Shown here one piece after another: positions 38,639-48,979 of a DNA stretch of 64,000 nt (position 1 is its first letter; every line of letters starts with the position of its first letter). Source of the stretch: Bacteroidales bacterium (GTDB lineage: Bacteria; Bacteroidota; Bacteroidia; Bacteroidales; GCA-2748055). The stretch is taken from NCBI GenBank assembly GCA_038316435.1, contig JBBQAQ010000005.1, positions 52,957-116,956 on the forward strand, read 5' to 3'. The notes below the pieces were generated by a model. The model made no database searches. It had not been told where the DNA came from and was given only the letters and a program-made list of their open reading frames with translations. A program made the position numbers and the translations under genes.

Positions 38639-39760
38639 CTACCAGTTTTTATAAAAATATTCACCAATATCGATAACTGTATTCACCAATAAAATACCCG
38701 CACCAATTGGAGCTAAAGGTGTAAACAACATAACAGTCCCTGTAACATAACCCGCTGCTTGAGTTGTTTGTAATGATCCTTCCACATAATCTCCTCTGGA
38801 AAATGCTTTTGCTGCCTGATTAGTATTATCTACAGTTCCTACTAAACCTCCAATAACACCTGCTCCTTTACTTACACTTTTAACAACTGGGTTGTTTATA
38901 CCTCTTGCTGCTTCACTAACCATCGATGTCCATAAACCAGTACCTGTTGAAACATCGTCAGCTAATTTACCCCCACCTCCTTCGGGGCCATCAAGTGATA
39001 AATAAATTATTGTGTAGTTATGATCAGCGTGAACTATTTTACCGTCCACAATTCCACAAGTATAATAATCAATAATTTCAACAGTAAAAACACCATTAAA
39101 ATTAGGGTCTAATTTCATAATATCGTATAATGGATAATAGGAATTAAAATCCCCATCCCAACTCCCATCAATTTTAGCATTAACATACGAATTAAATGCA
39201 TCTTCTGGTCCTCGTCCTCCACCAGACCCAGGCACTCCACTCTCAAGTATATGAGGCCTATCATTATTATCCGGCCCCCCTAATGGTGGATCGTCCATTC
39301 TTTTTGCATACCCTGAAGGGTCTATATATTTTAACGGATTATTAATCACATAACTATACCTGTTAAAATCCTGAGTAAAAAATGGGTTAGCAAAAAACGG
39401 ATCAGGGCTCAAAAACCTACCCAAAACCGGGTCATACATCCTCCCATTCATATTTATTAAACCAAACTGGTCTATGTGTTCGTGGCCGGTGTAACCTCGG
39501 GAAAAGGTGGTTGCTGGAATATTGGTATAAGTCCAGGTATCGGGGTTTCTTCTGTTATCTCTGCGACTAGTAAGGTTTCCGGTTTCTGCATTGAAAACAT
39601 ATCCAAGGTTTTGAATGGTATCTGTAACGATTCCACTTAACATACCAGGCCATCGAAGGTTTTGGTTGTAATAAGTCCATTTCCACAGGAGTACTTAGTA
39701 TATTGGTTAAAGGAATTCATACTTGTTGCATCCCAGATAATAGCGTTGTTATCTTTTCTT
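38639..39760 (-). pseudogene. Truncated Rhs gene (core remnant plus C-terminal toxin)
   Basis: RGYTGHEH, GLINMNGRMYDPVLGRFLSPDP, NNPLKYIDPSG; Rhs-like sequence continues upstream in another frame to ~39760. Confidence 0.85.
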
Positions 39761-39877
39761 TCCCCCTATACCCTTCATTTATTTTTAATATTTCCTTGTA
39801 CTTCGATTGATCGAGCAAAATAATCACGCCGTATTGCACCCTGATTAAAATAAATCCAATAATTACCTATCAACTTA

Positions 39878-41125
39878 CTATCCCAAATCATGAATCACAA
39901 GTCCACTCCTCAATTTCGGCTCGAACCAGGTGGTTTTTGGAGGCATAATATTGTTTGTATCAGCAATATCCATCAATTGCTTCATACTCACAGGGTATAA
40001 AGCAAAAGCAGCAGCCATTTCACCACTGTCAACTCTTTTTGATAATTCTCCTAAACCTCTTATTCCTCCAACAAAATCAATACGCGTTGACTTGCGAAGG
40101 TCGGTGATATCGAGGATTGGTGTAAATACAGTTTCCGACAACACATTTACATCAAGACAAGCAATCGGATCAGCATCATTATAATTGCCAGGTTTAGCGG
40201 TTAAGGAATACCATAAGCCATTGATATACATACTGAAATTATGAAGGTTTTCGGGTTTGTAAATCGATTTACCCTTTTCTTCGACAATAAAACTTTTACT
40301 AAGTTTTTCAATAAACTGAGGAACTGATAGTCCGTTAAGGTCTTTTACCAGACGGTTATAATCTATAATCGTTAATTCACCTGCCGGGAAATGTACAGCA
40401 AGGAAGAAGTTATATTCTTCTTTACCGGTATGAGCGGGGTTTTTCTTTTTTCTTTCATTGCCAACAAGAGCTGCGGCAGCAGTGCGATGATGTCCATCTG
40501 CAACATAAGTAAAAGGAATGTCATCCCTGAAAATTTCAACAATCCTTTTAACTACAGAAAAATCAGAGATTACCCAAAGTTGATGACCAACGCCATCGGG
40601 GGTTTTAAAATCATATTCGGGTTTTGCTGCTACAACATTAGCAGTGATGGATTTAAGTTCTTTATGATCTGGATATGCAAAGAATACAGGCTCTGCATTA
40701 AAATTTGTAACGCGGATATGGTTCATGCGATCTTCTTCCTTGTCGGGCCGCGTCAGTTCGTGCTTTTTTATAATATTATTCAGGTAATCCTCCACTGCAG
40801 CGCATCCTACAATACCATATTGTGTTTTGCCCCACATGGTTTGAGCATAGATATAAAGAACTTCTTCTTTATCCTGTACAAACATTCCATTATCGATAAG
40901 TTTTTTCAAATTTTCCTTTGCCTTGTTGTAAACTAAATCTGAATGGAGGTCAACGTCTGCGGGAAGATCAATTTCAGGTTTTACAACGTGAAGGAAAGAA
41001 TGAGGATTTCCTTTGACCTCTTCTCTTGCTTCTTCAGAGTTTAAAACGTCATATGGTCTAGATGCAACCTGATCTACATTTTCTTTTTTAGGCCTGAAAC
41101 CTTTAAATGCTTTAATAATTGCCAT
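39878..41125 (-). CDS. DUF1015-family protein
   Basis: SRPYDV, KKHELTR, YVADGHHRTAAA, MPPKTTWFEPKLRSGL; ATG 41125 preferred. Confidence 0.9.
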   Translation of the reverse strand: MAIIKAFKGFRPKKENVDQVASRPYDVLNSEEAREEVKGNPHSFLHVVKPEIDLPADVDLHSDLVYNKAKENLKKLIDNGMFVQDKEEVLYIYAQTMWGKTQYGIVGCAAVEDYLNNIIKKHELTRPDKEEDRMNHIRVTNFNAEPVFFAYPDHKELKSITANVVAAKPEYDFKTPDGVGHQLWVISDFSVVKRIVEIFRDDIPFTYVADGHHRTAAAALVGNERKKKNPAHTGKEEYNFFLAVHFPAGELTIIDYNRLVKDLNGLSVPQFIEKLSKSFIVEEKGKSIYKPENLHNFSMYINGLWYSLTAKPGNYNDADPIACLDVNVLSETVFTPILDITDLRKSTRIDFVGGIRGLGELSKRVDSGEMAAAFALYPVSMKQLMDIADTNNIMPPKTTWFEPKLRSGLVIHDLG

Positions 41126-41138
41126 GGTTCGTTTGGAT

Positions 41139-41181
41139 AAAAAACAAAGACGCATTCCTGAAAAAGGGTTGATGCGTCTTT
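41139..41181 (-). terminator. Hairpin plus U-tract between serA and DUF1015
   Basis: AAAGACGCAT ... ATGCGTCTTT stem followed by GTTTTTT on the minus strand. Confidence 0.55.
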
Positions 41182-41202
41182 ATTAAGTTTAACAATTCAA
41201 TA

Positions 41203-42126
41203 CTATTTTTTATTTACCTGGAAGGTTGTATCCCCTTTATCCAGGAAGTTAATAATTTGCTTTGCCGCTGCAACACCAGCATTCAGGTTTGCCTCCGCTG
41301 TCTGCGCACCCATTTTCTTGGGAGTTGCAAAATAACGGCCTTTGTATTTTACCAACTGATCCTTACAATCTGGTTCAATATCAGTAGCATACCTGAAATC
41401 AGGTCTTTGCTCAAACATTTTAATCAGTGAAGGTTCATGAACTACTTCTTTTCTGGCTGTGTTAACGATGGTAGCTCCTTCAGGCATTGCAGACATCAGC
41501 TCAAAATTAATGACATCCTTGGTTGCCTTATTTAGCGGGATATGCAAAGAAACATACTGGCATTTACTAAACATATCTGCTGCGGTTTCTTCAAATTTAA
41601 TCCCATCGTTTTCAATTAACACTTTGTCAACAAATGGATCGTGAGCATAAACCTTCATTCCGAAACCTTTGGCAATTAATGCAACAATACGGCCAACATA
41701 GCCATATGCATAAATGCCAATTTTTTTATTCCGGAGTTCAGTTCCCGTTGAACCGTCAAATCCGCCCCTGTTAAGGTAAACGAGCATACCAAACACAAGT
41801 TCGGCAACGGCGTTTGAATTTTGGCCAGGAGTATTCATTACCACAAGACCCTTTTCAGTTGCAACCGCAAGGTCAACATTATCATACCCTGCACCTGCTC
41901 TCACAACAATTTTCAAATTTTTTGCAGCTTTCAGCACATCTCTGTCGACTATGTCAGAACGAATTATTATTGCATCCACATCAGCAACAGCCATTTGAAG
42001 TTCTGTTTGTGAAGTATAATTTTCAAGCAAAACCCATTCATGTCCCCCTTCGCTAATAACTGTCTGAATAGACTGAACTGCAAGTTTAGAAAACGGTTTA
42101 TCTGTCGCTATTAGAATCTTCCCCAT
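41203..42126 (-). CDS. serA: D-3-phosphoglycerate dehydrogenase (short form, no ACT domain)
   Basis: RAGAGYDNVD, NTPGQNSNAVAEL, VNTAR, TPKKMGAQT (Lys-type active site); next to serC. Confidence 0.88.
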   Translation of the reverse strand: MGKILIATDKPFSKLAVQSIQTVISEGGHEWVLLENYTSQTELQMAVADVDAIIIRSDIVDRDVLKAAKNLKIVVRAGAGYDNVDLAVATEKGLVVMNTPGQNSNAVAELVFGMLVYLNRGGFDGSTGTELRNKKIGIYAYGYVGRIVALIAKGFGMKVYAHDPFVDKVLIENDGIKFEETAADMFSKCQYVSLHIPLNKATKDVINFELMSAMPEGATIVNTARKEVVHEPSLIKMFEQRPDFRYATDIEPDCKDQLVKYKGRYFATPKKMGAQTAEANLNAGVAAAKQIINFLDKGDTTFQVNKK

Positions 42127-42147
42127 AAAATTTATTAGTAATTGTTA

Positions 42148-43218
42148 TTATCCTTTCGCATCGAACTCTTTCATGCAATTTACTAGTGCCTGCACGCTTT
42201 CCACTGGCATGGCATTATAAATAGAAGCTCTGAATCCACCAACAGACCTATGACCTTTTAAACCGATCATACCCTGGGCAGAAGAAAATTTATTAAAGTC
42301 TTCTTCTTTTTCAATATAATTTTCATTCATTACGAAGCATACGTTCATAATTGAACGGTCTTCAGCTTTTTCCACTGAGCCTTTAAACATCTTGTTACGG
42401 TCGATCTCATTGTAGAGAATTTCAGCTTTCTTAAGATTTGTTTTGTGCATCCCTTCTACTCCACCTTGCTGTTTGTACCATTTTAATGTTTGAAGAGCTG
42501 AGTAAATGGCAATACAGGGAGGTGTATTATACATTGTTTCATTTTCAATATGAATCTGATAATCCATCATTGAAGGAATAGGATGACTAACTTTTCCAAG
42601 TACATCATTCTTAACAATAACAAAAGTAAGACCAGCCGGAGCAAGGTTTTTCTGAGCGCCACCGTAAATAAGAGCGTATTTAGAGACATCCATTGGCCTG
42701 CTAAAAATATCTGAAGACATATCGGCAACAAGAGGAACTGAAACATCCAGGTCTTCTTTAAGTTCTGTTCCATAAATTGTATTATTCGTTGTAATATGCA
42801 AATAATCAATATCTGAAGGAACTGTAAAACCTTTTGGAATATATGCGTAATTTCTATCTTTTGAAGAAGCAACTGTAACAACTTCACCAAATAGTTTAGC
42901 CTCTTTTATTGCTTTTGATGCCCACACACCTGTATCAAGATACCCGGCTTTTTTGTTCATTAGATTGTATGGAACCTGCATAAATTGCATGCTGGCACCT
43001 CCCTGAAGAAACAATACAGAATAACCTTCAGGTATGTGCAACAATTCTTTGAACAAGGCAATAGCTTCATCAGTAACTGCGATAAATTCCTTACTTCGGT
43101 GGGAAATTTCAAGAATTGAAAGACCTGAACCATTAAAATCTAAAACTGCTTTTGCTGTATTTTCTATGGTAAACTGCGACAGGATTGAGGGACCTGCATA
43201 GAAATTATGTTTCTTCAT
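42148..43218 (-). CDS. serC: Phosphoserine aminotransferase
   Basis: [42 protein letters not shown]. Confidence 0.97.
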   Translation of the reverse strand: MKKHNFYAGPSILSQFTIENTAKAVLDFNGSGLSILEISHRSKEFIAVTDEAIALFKELLHIPEGYSVLFLQGGASMQFMQVPYNLMNKKAGYLDTGVWASKAIKEAKLFGEVVTVASSKDRNYAYIPKGFTVPSDIDYLHITTNNTIYGTELKEDLDVSVPLVADMSSDIFSRPMDVSKYALIYGGAQKNLAPAGLTFVIVKNDVLGKVSHPIPSMMDYQIHIENETMYNTPPCIAIYSALQTLKWYKQQGGVEGMHKTNLKKAEILYNEIDRNKMFKGSVEKAEDRSIMNVCFVMNENYIEKEEDFNKFSSAQGMIGLKGHRSVGGFRASIYNAMPVESVQALVNCMKEFDAKG

Positions 43219-43352
43219 GATAATTGGAATTTGTTATTATTGGGCTGTTTAAAGTAAAATTTTCGTCGTAAAATTAGTAATTAAATTACGAATTAAAAGG
43301 AAAAGGTGCTGATGGTTAATAAAAAGGAAAGAATTGTTAATTACATAACAAT

Positions 43353-44090
43353 CTATTCAAAACCTTTGAGTTTAACTAGATAATCGTTTTCAAGAACCGG
43401 GATAATTCTTGTCAAATCCAATGTAAGACAATACCCGATCACATCATCGAGTCCATTTTTCTTAAGCCGGTGTTTTTGAGCTGCTTTCTCTACATATCCC
43501 AAAAGATCATTTTTTGCCATATTCCAAAGATCTTGTGACGCAATAGCAGAATCGCACATGGTTTCATAGCATCCTGTTTCAAGCAACTTATCGGTCAGTG
43601 CTCCGGCAAATAATGTATCTTCAAGATTAAACTTGTTTTTCCAACCTGCGCAGAGAACGAGTACATCTCTCTCAGAATGCAAAACAAAATCGGCTAATGC
43701 CTGGAGATTAAGAAAGGCTCCTATGAGAACCTTATTCCCTGAAGAGGCAAGTTGAACAGCCTGAGTACCGTTGGTTGTGCTATAAATAATCTGTTGATTA
43801 GCTACTCTTTCGCGGGTAAAATTATATGGGGAGTTACCGAAATCAGCAAAGTCTTTAACAATTCCGTCTCTTTCTGCCGCTACCATAAACCCTTTTGATT
43901 TCCATTCTTTAGCCTCCTCCAAAGTGCGCACAGGTATTATTCGTTCAACACCGTTCATGAATGCGGTGCAGATGGCAGAAGATGCTCTCAGAATATCGGT
44001 AACTATCACAATAGCTTCAGAATTCTCAAAATAAGAATAAAGTGCAGGTGAAAAACAAACTTCTATTTTGCTCTTTCGTTTTTCGTTCAT
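43353..44090 (-). CDS. ComB-family (2-phosphosulfolactate) phosphatase
   Basis: DILRASS, AAERDG, DFGNSP, TTNGT, LEDTLFAG; ATG 44090 preferred. Confidence 0.88.
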   Translation of the reverse strand: MNEKRKSKIEVCFSPALYSYFENSEAIVIVTDILRASSAICTAFMNGVERIIPVRTLEEAKEWKSKGFMVAAERDGIVKDFADFGNSPYNFTRERVANQQIIYSTTNGTQAVQLASSGNKVLIGAFLNLQALADFVLHSERDVLVLCAGWKNKFNLEDTLFAGALTDKLLETGCYETMCDSAIASQDLWNMAKNDLLGYVEKAAQKHRLKKNGLDDVIGYCLTLDLTRIIPVLENDYLVKLKGFE

Positions 44091-44100
44091 CTGATGAAAC

Positions 44101-45189
44101 TTATTTTTTAAAAAAAGGGAGTTCAACAATTATTGCCTTGATATCTTTTTCCCTAATGCGGATAAAAATTTCACTACCCGTTTTACAGAAATCAGATTTA
44201 ACATAGGCCATACCTATTCCTTTTTTGAGCATTGGGGACATGGTTCCTGAAGTAACTTCGCCAATAATTTCGCCATTATGATTGGCTATGTCATAATGTT
44301 GACGGGGGATTCCTCTGTCAATCATTTCAAAAGCGATTAGTTTTTTCTGAACACCTTTTGCTTTTTGTTTTTCAAGGAATTCGCGGTCAATAAAATCATT
44401 TCCAAGATTAAATTTTGTAATCCAACCAAGACCTGCTTCGAGCGGAGAGGTTGTATCATTAATATCATTTCCATATAAACAATAACCCATTTCAAGTCTA
44501 AGAGTGTCTCTTGCAGCCAAACCTATTGGTTTAATGCCGAATTCCTCGCCTGCTTTCATAATTTTTTCCCAGATTCCGGCAGCAACATCATTGTAAAAAT
44601 ACAATTCAAAACCTCCCGCACCTGTATAGCCAGTAGCAGAAATTATAACATCGCCCACTCCGGCAAATTCGTCTGTAACAAAAGTATAATAAGGCATTTT
44701 GGAAAGATCAACACTTGTAAGCTTTTGCAAGGCTTTTATGGCAAGTGGTCCCTGAACTGCCACCTGAGAAATCCTATCCGAAGCATTTTCAAGAATTGCA
44801 CCTTCTGTATTCTGACTTACTAACCAGTTAAAGTCTTTGTCAGTATTTGATGCATTAACAACAAGTAAATATTTTGTAGGTTCATAAAAATAAACCAGCA
44901 AATCATCAACTATACCACCTTTTCCATTGGGAAAGCAACTATATTGAATTTTTCCGGGGAATAAAAGATTAACATCGTTAGTAGTAACTTTCTGAACAAA
45001 AGCTTTTGCGTTCGGACCTTTCACCCATATTTCACCCATGTGGGAAACATCAAAAATTCCTAATTTTTCACGAACGGTAATATGTTCATCGTTTATCCCG
45101 GAATATTCAACAGGCATTTCAAAACCAGCAAAAGGTACAAGGCGACCGCCAAGTTTTTTATGAATTTCATTAAAAGCAGTGTACTTCAT
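44101..45189 (-). CDS. gcvT: Glycine cleavage system T protein
   Basis: [29 protein letters not shown]; TACTTTTG box at 45229-45236. Confidence 0.96.
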   Translation of the reverse strand: MKYTAFNEIHKKLGGRLVPFAGFEMPVEYSGINDEHITVREKLGIFDVSHMGEIWVKGPNAKAFVQKVTTNDVNLLFPGKIQYSCFPNGKGGIVDDLLVYFYEPTKYLLVVNASNTDKDFNWLVSQNTEGAILENASDRISQVAVQGPLAIKALQKLTSVDLSKMPYYTFVTDEFAGVGDVIISATGYTGAGGFELYFYNDVAAGIWEKIMKAGEEFGIKPIGLAARDTLRLEMGYCLYGNDINDTTSPLEAGLGWITKFNLGNDFIDREFLEKQKAKGVQKKLIAFEMIDRGIPRQHYDIANHNGEIIGEVTSGTMSPMLKKGIGMAYVKSDFCKTGSEIFIRIREKDIKAIIVELPFFKK

Positions 45190-45301
45190 TATATCGGAAT
45201 TTAATATTTACAATTTCTTTTCCGACATCAAAAGTAGCACTTTTTTGATCTCTGAAATTTGTTTAACAGCAGTTACCATGGAATAATTCCAATACCTCCC
45301 T

Positions 45302-47377
45302 CTATTTTGAAAGTACCTTAAACTCAACTCTTCTGTTCTGTTCTCTACCTGCGGGTGTGTCATTTGGAGCAATAGGCTGGTTAAATGCATAACCTTTTGA
45401 TTCAAGTCTGGATTTATCGATCCCATTAGCTACCATATAATCAACGACGGCTTTAGCCCTGTCTTCAGATAACTTCAGATTTGCTTTTAGAGAACCTACA
45501 TTATCAGTATGACCGGAAATTTCAAGCCGGATAGTTTCGTTGTTCTTAAGGAAGGTAATAACCTGATTGAGCTGAGGGTAAGATGCTGCGGTTAGTGTAG
45601 CTTTGTTGGTTTCAAAATATATATTTTCCATTACAACTTTAGTACCTACCTCAACTTTTTCGAGGAGAAAATCTCTTAGGAAAGGCGAATCGGTACTTGC
45701 CTGAGTCATATCAACAGCATCCAGAAAGAACAAGTAGTCACGCGCAACAACCTCAACTCCATATACCTTTGGTTCAAGAAATTTAGCCTGATATTCACCA
45801 GTTTCGGTTGATATTGCAGTAGCGATAACTTTTGATTCAGCAACATCGACAAACTCGATTTTCGCAACCACTGGTTCATTATTGGCTTTATTCAGAACTC
45901 TTCCTTTCATGTAATAAAATGAATCAACCGCAACAGGATTGGGCATTGTAAAAAAGCCGATTTTCTTAGTATCTGGCAGCCCGGCTATGAGAATATCTTC
46001 ATTGGCAAGCAACAGCTCTTTTTCTGACCCAAGAAAAACAAGCTTGTAAATATCTTTAGCACCTTGTCCCCCGTCACGGATTGTAGATAGGTATGCAGCC
46101 TTTCCATTCGCCGACAGGCAGAAAAATAATTCGTCATCTGGGGTATTAACCGGATAACCCATATTTACCGGATCAGACCATGTACCATCGGATTGTATTT
46201 CTGATTTAAAAACATCATAACCCCCCATAGTATTATGACCTCGGGAAGAAAAATAAAGTGTTTTCCCCTCAGGAGTCAAAAATATTCCTTCTTCATCATA
46301 TTTCGAATTTACCAGAAAGCTAAGGTTACTAGGTTTTTGCCACTTTCCTTTGCTGTTCTTCACAGACATTAAAATATCTTTTCCTCCCTGAGTCAGTTCA
46401 GCATTTGAAGAAATAAAATAAACTGTATCCTCTGTTTGGGTAAAAAATACTGCTGATTCCGATTGATCACTCGATAATTTGGATGACCAAGGTGAAGGAG
46501 ATTTCCATTCGCCCTTTTTCTTCTCACTTACATATATTTCGCCACCCTTTTCTTGTCCTCTGTATATATATAATTCAGTTCCTGATTTTGATAATCCAAC
46601 AGCTGCATCGTTGTGTTTACTATTAACTTTTTTTGTGAGAGGTTTTGCTGCGGACCATTCACCTCCTGTGATTGATGACATATAAATATCTTCATAAAAC
46701 TTATTATCAAATGGATTTCTTTTGCTTTTTAATTTAGCTGGCCTACGGGAAGTAAAATAAATTACAGAATCATTGGATGCGAAAATACTGAAATAGTCGT
46801 CGTAAACGGAGTTTATACTATCTCCCATGTTAGTGATTATCAGTCTTTTTCGGTCGCTAATAATGTCTTTACCATTTTTACACTCAATAATTAATTTGTC
46901 GAGATAATCGTTCTGTAAAACTGCTTCATTGGGTTTTAAAGATTTCCTGTGTGCAGTATAATGCTCAATTGCCTTGTCAAATTCGAGTACCAGATGGTAC
47001 GCTCTGCCCAGAAGATAGTTTATTTCAGGACTGATGTTTGGTTTTTTCTCATAAGCTTTTCTGAGGTATTTTATTGCTTCATATTTATCATCGGTGTATA
47101 AGTAGCAAATCCCGATTAGGTAATTTAACTCTGGATTTTCGCTATTGTATTGGTGCGCTGTGAGATACAGTTCTCTAGCCAGATCATAGGTGCCTAAGCC
47201 CTGTGCGAATAGAATATCTGCATCTAGGATAGCAATCCAGGCTTCCTGCAGGCCTTCCTTATTTCCTGTTTTAAATTCACTTCTCTTGACCTTAACTTCA
47301 TCTTTATTTTTCTGTGCATACAATTGCCCGGTACTTAAGGCAATAATCGTTATGGCAAATAGTAAACGGATCTTCAT
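45302..47377 (-). CDS. TPR-PD40-OmpA_C protein (PorE-like architecture)
   Basis: Signal peptide, TPRs, PD40 repeats (LYFSSRGHNTMGGYDVF), GHTDNVG...NRRVEF. Confidence 0.9.
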   Translation of the reverse strand: MKIRLLFAITIIALSTGQLYAQKNKDEVKVKRSEFKTGNKEGLQEAWIAILDADILFAQGLGTYDLARELYLTAHQYNSENPELNYLIGICYLYTDDKYEAIKYLRKAYEKKPNISPEINYLLGRAYHLVLEFDKAIEHYTAHRKSLKPNEAVLQNDYLDKLIIECKNGKDIISDRKRLIITNMGDSINSVYDDYFSIFASNDSVIYFTSRRPAKLKSKRNPFDNKFYEDIYMSSITGGEWSAAKPLTKKVNSKHNDAAVGLSKSGTELYIYRGQEKGGEIYVSEKKKGEWKSPSPWSSKLSSDQSESAVFFTQTEDTVYFISSNAELTQGGKDILMSVKNSKGKWQKPSNLSFLVNSKYDEEGIFLTPEGKTLYFSSRGHNTMGGYDVFKSEIQSDGTWSDPVNMGYPVNTPDDELFFCLSANGKAAYLSTIRDGGQGAKDIYKLVFLGSEKELLLANEDILIAGLPDTKKIGFFTMPNPVAVDSFYYMKGRVLNKANNEPVVAKIEFVDVAESKVIATAISTETGEYQAKFLEPKVYGVEVVARDYLFFLDAVDMTQASTDSPFLRDFLLEKVEVGTKVVMENIYFETNKATLTAASYPQLNQVITFLKNNETIRLEISGHTDNVGSLKANLKLSEDRAKAVVDYMVANGIDKSRLESKGYAFNQPIAPNDTPAGREQNRRVEFKVLSK

Positions 47378-47398
47378 CTTACAAAAGTTTTTAACTGA

Positions 47399-48433
47399 TT
47401 ATTTGCATTCCTTAAGATACTTTTCGGCTTCTGTTACACCCAGCTTAAGCGCTTGTTTCCAATTTGTGCAAGCACCTTCAAGATCCCCAGTAAGTTCCAG
47501 AACCAATCCCCGATTCAGATAAGCTTTACCAAAAGAATTATCCGTTACAAGTATTTGGTCAAAAATTCCAATTGCTTCTGTATATGCAGCTTTTTTCGAT
47601 AGACAGGCAGCTTTATTGTTTGTTGCAAGAATGTAGTTTTCCTGTATACTTATTGCTTGATTAAAATCGGTAAGCGCTGAATCAATCTGTCCAAGAAAAT
47701 ATTTTGCTGTACCTCTGTTATTATAAGCGATGTATAATTCCGGGTCTAGTTTAATTGCAACAGAGTAATCGGCTATGGCACCTTCATAATCTCCCAAGGC
47801 AATTTTCATACTTCCCATGTTGTTAAAAGCCAGAGGGAAATTATTTTCATAATTCACAGCCATTCTGTAATCGTATAATGCTCCCTGAATATCTCCAAGT
47901 GCTCGCTTTGCTGTTGCTCTGTCATGGTATGCAAGCGCATAATTTGCTTTAAGTTCAACTGCTTTTGTAAAATCATTAATAGCAGTTGAATAACTTTTTT
48001 GTATAAGGTAATATAGTCCCCTGAAATAAAATGCCGGAGCCTGAATATAGCCTTTTTGAATGGCAGAATTTAGTTTATTAATTATAAGTCTTGAAGTGTC
48101 GGTGACGAAGGGCAAATATCCAAGATAAAAATCGGGCTCTCCATTTTTGGGATCTCTTCTTCCCGCCAAAGAAAAATCTTTAATTGCGTCATTAATTTTT
48201 CCAAGTTCAACTTTTACCTTGCCCCTTTGGATTAATGCTTCATTTAATGTTGAATCTAAATCAACTGCAGCATCCAAATAAGTAAGAGCAACCTCAAAGT
48301 TAAGGCTCCTAATATTCTCAACTGCTGTATTATAGGCAGTTTTTGCATTTTTCTTATTTTTATCACTTACCTGTGAAATAAGGTGAGGAAAAAACAGAAA
48401 AATGGTTACTAAAATCAAAAAAACTTTCTTCAT
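47399..48433 (-). CDS. Exported TPR protein
   Basis: Many AYNNRG-type TPRs, signal peptide from MKKVFL (ATG 48433). Confidence 0.88.
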   Translation of the reverse strand: MKKVFLILVTIFLFFPHLISQVSDKNKKNAKTAYNTAVENIRSLNFEVALTYLDAAVDLDSTLNEALIQRGKVKVELGKINDAIKDFSLAGRRDPKNGEPDFYLGYLPFVTDTSRLIINKLNSAIQKGYIQAPAFYFRGLYYLIQKSYSTAINDFTKAVELKANYALAYHDRATAKRALGDIQGALYDYRMAVNYENNFPLAFNNMGSMKIALGDYEGAIADYSVAIKLDPELYIAYNNRGTAKYFLGQIDSALTDFNQAISIQENYILATNNKAACLSKKAAYTEAIGIFDQILVTDNSFGKAYLNRGLVLELTGDLEGACTNWKQALKLGVTEAEKYLKECK

Positions 48434-48613
48434 GCTATGGAAATATTTATAACAATTAGCTTGTACATTTATCAATTCATAAAATTAATAGTAAATAAAC
48501 CATTTTTAAATCAAAAATTAAAAGAATAAATTTACTTTTAATTAACAGTATGACAAAAGAATTTGAAGTATCAGTTTACTATTTAACAAAACATCAATAA
48601 AATCAAGGGAAAA

Positions 48614-48961
48614 TTGGGAAAAGTAGATTTAACATATCTTTTAAGTATTACTGATGGTAATAAAGAGTTATTTTTGGAAATTATCGATATTTTTGTAATT
48701 CAAGTTGAAGAGATATGGATTGAAATGCAAGTGCTTTTTGATAAGCAGGAGTTCGAATTAGTAGGCAATCTAGCACATAAAGCAAAATCTTCAGTTGCAA
48801 TAATGGGAATGGAAAATATGGCCGGGGATCTTAAGAAACTTGAATTGTTTTGCCATGAGAAGGTGAATCTGGAAATGTGTCAAAGTATAATAATTAATTT
48901 TAAAACTGAGTGCTTACAAGTAATTCAAGAGTTGGAAGCAATTAAAAAAATATATATTTAA
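48614..48961 (+). CDS. Stand-alone Hpt domain protein
   Basis: DLTYL N-terminus, LAHKAKSSVAIMG phospho-His motif. Confidence 0.85.
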   Translation: MGKVDLTYLLSITDGNKELFLEIIDIFVIQVEEIWIEMQVLFDKQEFELVGNLAHKAKSSVAIMGMENMAGDLKKLELFCHEKVNLEMCQSIIINFKTECLQVIQELEAIKKIYI

Positions 48962-48979
48962 AGTCTAAAAATAACGAAT

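Larger units (their letters stand above)
36410..39860. other. Accessory island: TA pair plus Rhs toxin/immunity remnants
   Basis: Lies between convergent core genes mdh and DUF1015; AT-rich orphan genes and two frameshifts; boundaries approximate. Confidence 0.7.

Noticed and set aside
36410-39860. Integron-like or rAID-like cassette array
   Set aside because: No repeated recombination site between the modules; the single hairpin does not meet the attC consensus; no terminal direct repeats found
40391-40936. 181-aa plus-strand ORF
   Set aside because: Antisense to DUF1015; composition typical of a shadow ORF
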